A DNA stretch of 64,000 nt from a virus (Duplodnaviria > Heunggongvirae > Uroviricota > Caudoviricetes): IMG/VR virus record IMGVR_UViG_3300028591_000088. One strand, 5' to 3'. Shown piece after piece: positions 59,636-64,000 of this stretch; position 1 is the stretch's first letter; each line of letters begins with the position of its first letter. The position numbers and the translations under genes are program-made. A model generated the notes under the pieces. It worked only from the letters and a program-made list of their open reading frames with translations. It did no database searches and had not been told where the DNA came from.

Positions 59636-60324
59636 TATTTCAAAGGTTTATATGATTTATTATATATTTTTCTATTCCAATTTACTTTGGCATCTAAGAT
59701 TTCATTCCATTCATTCTGTGAAATATATTGAGGCAATCTAGCTTGAGAACATAAAGTTCTCCATTTTCTTTCTAGCATATTAGCTATTTCTAATATGTTT
59801 TTGTTATTAGTTCTTATTGCTTCTTTAAACTTCATATAATAAGCGCAAAAAGCAGCTATAGCCATAGCTTCTTCTTCCGTAATTTCTGGAAGGCCATCAT
59901 CATCTAATATAGTACCTTTATAAAGGATAAAGATTTTTCCTGTATATTTTCCATCTAAATAGAGCGTATCACCTACTCTCTCATAATGGACATATCTACC
60001 TCCTATATAAAGCGGATTTTCAAAAGCTTTTCTTGCTTCTATATAATCTTCAACCCATGAAGAGTAAGGATCTCCATTAGGATAGAAGTTAGAAACGAAG
60101 TTCCAATCTTCAAATCCATAAGTAATTGCTTCTATTTCATCACAATTACAAGGAAGTTCTACTGTATTAGAATGGCAATTTATATCTACACAGTATCTAT
60201 ATAGTCTCTATTTCTTATTCCCAATCATTCTCCAAGCAACTAGGCCTATTTCTTCAAAATCATCGGGAAGTAACTCTAAATCATAGAGTTGATTAGCTAA
60301 AAACATAGCATATCCAAATTTCAT
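59635..60324 (-). CDS. putative tail ring/tubular protein (229 aa, code 15)
   Basis: MKFGYAMFLANQLYDLEL...GLVAWRMIGNK, GGRYVHYERVGD, EILDAKVNWNRK; ends TAA at 59635. Confidence 0.75.
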
Positions 60325-60989
60325 GGTTTATAAGTCTAATCGTTAGGAGCTGGCTGCATAGCAAGTTGTCTATAGTAACGTAATTTCTTTTCAGTAAGTC
60401 TTCTCTTAACTTCATTGTTAACAGCAGAAAAGTTATCGTCATCTAAGTCAGAACAACAAGCATAATTTTCTAATTGTCTTGGATCTTTAAATACAGCTAC
60501 TACAGATACTTGTTTTATCATAGGAGCATTGAATATATAAGCATCGTACATTCCATTTTCATTTGGACTTGTATCTATAAATACAAAAGGTTTATTCCTA
60601 CCTCTTTTTCTATATTTATGATAATAATTCCACTAATATGGAGAAGTATAAAACAGAAATGGAAGTTGTCTATCTATAGAACCTATATAGTTTATTGCAC
60701 CATCAAGTACCTAAGGCATTTCAAAGTGAGCTGTTGGAGTATTTCCAATTGATTCTCTACATCTACATTTTTCTAAGTCTTTACAGTCTACAGGTATACA
60801 ATTAACAGCAGTTAATAAATCTCTTATAGGAAGAGTACCTTTTAAAGAGTATTCTTTCAAGATTTGTAAACGCTCATCAACTACATCATCCTCTAACTAT
60901 TCCATTGAAATAGAAGGATTATGATGGTATCCCTAAAGACCTGATACAACATCATTGTATATAGCGTCTGCAAGTTTCTTTATAAGCAT
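60321..60989 (-). CDS. putative tail ring protein (222 aa, code 15)
   Basis: LADAIYNDVVSGL(TAG)GYHHNPSISME...; ends PAPND(TAG)TYKP-TGA with ATGA overlap. Confidence 0.75.
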
Positions 60990-60990
60990 A

Positions 60991-61027
60991 AATAAAAAAT
61001 GGGCAAGGGCATTTTGTGCCCCTGCCC
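60991..61027 (-). terminator. intrinsic terminator after the 303-aa structural gene
   Basis: GGGCAGGGGCA-CAAAA-UGCCCUUGCCC followed by AUUUUUU. Confidence 0.85.
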
Positions 61028-61045
61028 TATTTTAGTTGGTTAATA

Positions 61046-61957
61046 TCAATCTGTAACTGTTTCGATTGTTCCAATCTTAGCTAGTTGAGTTTCGAAATCA
61101 GAAGCTAAGTCTTGCTTTACAAAGAATACATGAGTTGTCTTAGATTTAACAACTTCACCAACTGCATCTCCACCCATAATACCTCTATTTACACAGTAAA
61201 CAATAGTATATTGATTGTACTTTGCACCTACAACAGGAGTCTCGTCTTGTATGATTTTGCTCCATCTTGTATTTGCAGCAGTAGGTAATCTGTAATCTTT
61301 AATCATATTTCTATAAGTACCAAAGCCTTGTTTTGCTTGTCTTACAAGTTCAACAATTTCTCCGTCTTCGTCTTCAATACTGTCAATAGCAATGAAAGCA
61401 CCTACGTGTCCACCTTCTTGCCAAGCTCCTTGGTTCTCATCAAACTTTTCAAAATCAACTTTTGTTAGAGTTTGATATTCATCTGTACCATCTATAGTTA
61501 AAACACCAGCGTCTTCTGAAATAGCAAGTAACTGATATTCATAAACCATTTGCTGATATTTCTTAGCAATTTTTACTACTTTCTTTGCTACATTAGCTGC
61601 AGTTTCTCCAGCTTTCCAAAGGAATTCAATATAGAAAGGCTTTCCTTTAAATACAAAGTCATTTGCATAGTAACTGTTTTGGCAGCCTGAAAGTCTAATA
61701 TAAACAGCAATTCTGAAAGTTGTATCTACAGCAGGAGCGGTAACTTCGGTTAAATCTATAGTTGCCTGAGCCAATACTGGATCAGAAGCAGCTCTCTTAT
61801 AGATAGCTTCTACATTGTCAGCTAAAAATTTAAAATCTCTCTTAATGTGAATTCCCTTTACAGTATTACCTTCCTTAACTTCAGTAATAAGGGATTGATT
61901 TACGTCATTATAGTCCTGTAGACTATTTACGATAGTAGTTGTTGTAAATTGAAACAT
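61046..61957 (-). CDS. conserved crAss structural protein (possibly auxiliary capsid protein)
   Basis: Intact 303-aa ORF MFQFTTTTIVNS... with no TAG and its own terminator; typical position downstream of the capsid genes. Confidence 0.7.
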   Translation of the reverse strand: MFQFTTTTIVNSLQDYNDVNQSLITEVKEGNTVKGIHIKRDFKFLADNVEAIYKRAASDPVLAQATIDLTEVTAPAVDTTFRIAVYIRLSGCQNSYYANDFVFKGKPFYIEFLWKAGETAANVAKKVVKIAKKYQQMVYEYQLLAISEDAGVLTIDGTDEYQTLTKVDFEKFDENQGAWQEGGHVGAFIAIDSIEDEDGEIVELVRQAKQGFGTYRNMIKDYRLPTAANTRWSKIIQDETPVVGAKYNQYTIVYCVNRGIMGGDAVGEVVKSKTTHVFFVKQDLASDFETQLAKIGTIETVTD

Positions 61958-61969
61958 ATCATTTAATTA

Positions 61970-63118
61970 TTAACCTCTCTTTGTTTGTTGAGGCTGTTCC
62001 TATTGCTGAGCTGGATTGGCAATAGTCTGTGTAACTGGGATATGGGTATTTAGACGATCATCACGTCCATTCTCCATAACTATATGTACCAACTCATTTA
62101 TAATCTCTTGGCATACATAATCTGGGAATTCCATCATTTGAGAAGTGTCCTCTGTTAAATCGAGTTGTTCTTGTGATAGTCTAATATGTTGTGGAGCCTT
62201 TATATAATCCACATAGACTCTCTCTAGTTGGAATAATGAATTATCCTTACCGTATCTAATTTCAATACGTACATTACCTGGATTACCATAGCGGATTTGC
62301 CCAATCTTTTCTACAGCATTTACTTGTGTAGAACCTGTACCTGTAGTATTTCTAATATCTATTACTCTACTTACACCTCCTGTAGTACTCTTATCATTAG
62401 CATACAGATTTCCATTCTTATCACTTATGTGCTGATTATTATCAATTATATTTTCTCCATAAGTATCAGTATCCGAAAATTCTGTACCTATAGTTTTAAT
62501 ATCTGGCCCATAAGGATCAGTTGGAATAGCCTTATTTTCGGTTGGTTCAGAATTACCAACTGTTCCATCATATAAATGAGATGTATAGTCTGCATAAGTA
62601 GCTTCACCGCTTGTTGCAGTATTTACTAAATCTCTATTTACATTATGAAGGTAATAATAAGGTCTCTTGTAAGTAGGACGAGTATAAACATTATTAATAA
62701 CTGTAGACCAGCTATCTGCTGTAAGTCTTTCTGCTGCAAACTGTACATATGTATTAGCATCATAGCATTTAAAAGGCTTAAGTACTTTATACTCGCAAAT
62801 ACAGTTTAAAAGATGTAAGTAGTCTGTTGGAAGGTCAAATTCATAAATAGAGTTATAAAGAGAACCTTTTTTAGTTACGTCTTTTCCATTCTTATGTTGG
62901 GCATTTTGCCCATCTGTAACTTCTAGAGTAACTGTAGATTTTAAGACTCTTACATCATCTGTAGTTTGTTGATTAATATCATAGATATTATATCTTCTAT
63001 TTACGTATTGATCAACGGCTTTATTAAAAAAGTAATTAAAGTCTTCAAGTAATAAATTAGGAGCTTGAGACTTATTTAGTTCAATTAAAACAGCTTCATA
63101 AATCTGTCTTGCCGTCAT
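61970..63118 (-). CDS. conserved crAss structural (ring-like) protein (382 aa with read-through)
   Basis: MTARQIYEAVLIELNK...EFPDYVCQEIINELV; one TAG at 62000, then EQPQQTKRG-TAA at 61970. Confidence 0.75.
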
Positions 63119-63137
63119 AGTTATAAACTTTTATAGT

Positions 63138-63989
63138 TTATTTTGTCTTATCTTTTCCCTGAGGTTCATCTATAGTATCAGGGTATAAATGTGGATAAGT
63201 ATCTTTCTTTATAAGTTCAAGTATTTTCTTATTCTTAGGATTTTTCATCCATGTAATAGCAGCATCATCTGTTCCTCCTAAAATCTTGTCACTGTACCAG
63301 TAATTTTTATCACGAACAAATATAACACCTGCTTCACGAGCATCAACAAGAAGAATACGTAAAGTAAGATCTCCTCCTGTGTATAGCTTAATAATCTTAT
63401 CTGGATCTTTTTCGGCTATCTGTAATAAGAAGTCTTCAACATCAGCATCTGATTGTCCTGACATTCTTTTACCTAGAATCTTAGCCATAGTTAGTCTTCC
63501 ATCTACACCATTATCATCATTAATAATGAAGTCAGAAGCTTGTAAAATCTTCTTTTTCTTAGAAACACGTAGTTTAACTTCTTCTCCAGGACGGTCTACA
63601 TAAAGTTCAGCTATACCATAACGAGGTCTCTTTGCCTTCCAATCCATTGTACCGTCTATAAGATAGTCTCCTTTTGCATCTTTAGCCCATCTTTCTGGAG
63701 CAATAAGAGGACAATTTTTTATAGCTTCCCATTGAGCTGCTTGAATATCATCATTCAAATTAAATACAGTTCCGTCTTCAACTATAATTTGTTCTCCTTC
63801 TTTTATGTAGTATTTACCACTATTTCTTTCAGCGTCAGTAAGAATTAAATCTCCTAAAGAATTAGTTGCTTTTACACATTCGGGGTATCTCCCAGTTTTC
63901 GGATCTTTACAAGGTTGTAAATAATACTTTATTCCTACTTTACCATAAACACTGCGTAAAACAATGTAGTTTTCTCTTGTCACACTCAT
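63138..63989 (-). CDS. conserved crAss protein of the capsid module
   Basis: Intact 283-aa ORF, TAA stop, no TAG. Confidence 0.75.
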   Translation of the reverse strand: MSVTRENYIVLRSVYGKVGIKYYLQPCKDPKTGRYPECVKATNSLGDLILTDAERNSGKYYIKEGEQIIVEDGTVFNLNDDIQAAQWEAIKNCPLIAPERWAKDAKGDYLIDGTMDWKAKRPRYGIAELYVDRPGEEVKLRVSKKKKILQASDFIINDDNGVDGRLTMAKILGKRMSGQSDADVEDFLLQIAEKDPDKIIKLYTGGDLTLRILLVDAREAGVIFVRDKNYWYSDKILGGTDDAAITWMKNPKNKKILELIKKDTYPHLYPDTIDEPQGKDKTK

Positions 63990-64000
63990 ATTAACATTGA

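Larger units (their letters stand above)
14577..63989 (-). other. late/virion gene arm using TAG as a sense codon (probably Gln, code 15)
   Basis: ORF-track fragments share a frame within each gene and the breaks checked are at TAG. Reading through gives genes joined by ATGA/TAATG overlaps at 19220, 21772, 32673, 41561, 43450, 54814, 58711, 59635 and 60321, and restores conserved domains such as DUF192. Confidence 0.93.

Noticed and set aside
14580-60551. Dozens of short minus-strand ORFs read as separate genes, pseudogenes or assembly errors
   Set aside because: Within each gene they share one frame, and the breaks checked are at TAG rather than TAA/TGA or frameshifts; read-through gives coupled full-length genes.
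15835-63603. Plus-strand ORFs in the right arm (for example 39578-39934, 53363-53851, 45824-46132)
   Set aside because: They are antisense shadows of long genes, with Ser/Ile/Phe-rich composition typical of reverse-complement frames and no motifs.
14577-63989. TGA recoding (code 4)
   Set aside because: TGA acts as a true stop at ATGA junctions in both arms.
1-64000. Suppressor tRNA, other tRNA/rRNA genes, CRISPR array, diversity-generating retroelement
   Set aside because: Apart from the intron there is almost no non-coding space, and I saw no cloverleaf, repeat-spacer array or reverse transcriptase; they may lie outside the window.

Overview
This window is a 64 kb piece of an AT-rich crAss-like (Crassvirales) phage genome, most likely infecting a Bacteroidota host. 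The family assignment is from gene content and order recalled from memory; no database search was run. Two arms converge on a bidirectional terminator at about 14531-14578. The left arm (+, 1-14532) is a tightly packed early/middle operon: vWA protein, polynucleotide kinase-phosphatase, family A DNA polymerase, radical SAM protein, ThyX, metallophosphoesterase, and then a complete deamidating NAD+ salvage route (PncA, PncB, NadD, NadE) interleaved with an ADP-ribosylglycohydrolase and a Nudix hydrolase, followed by YqeY and a dNMP kinase. No gene in this arm contains or ends in TAG. The right arm (-, 14577-63989) looks shattered in the supplied ORF track but resolves into 19 long, abutting genes if TAG is read as a sense codon (most likely Gln, code 15). 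These include four giant virion/ejection proteins (1548, 851, 3287 and 2963 aa). The 3287-aa protein is the virion RNA polymerase, and its DxDxD catalytic motif is split by a group I intron carrying a LAGLIDADG endonuclease. The arm also holds further cargo proteins and tail, ring and capsid-associated proteins. The strongest leads are (1) a four-enzyme phage NAD+ rebuilding pathway unlike the NARP1 and NARP2 routes, (2) paired terminal cysteines at every junction of the four giant ejection proteins, suggesting a head-to-tail disulfide-linked chain, (3) a recurring K-F/H-Q/E-x-GG motif in cargo proteins, and (4) the sharp, uneven distribution of TAG codons. Limits: code-15 gene boundaries were read by hand at the junctions and spot-checked internally, not translated codon by codon. 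No suppressor tRNA was seen in this window.
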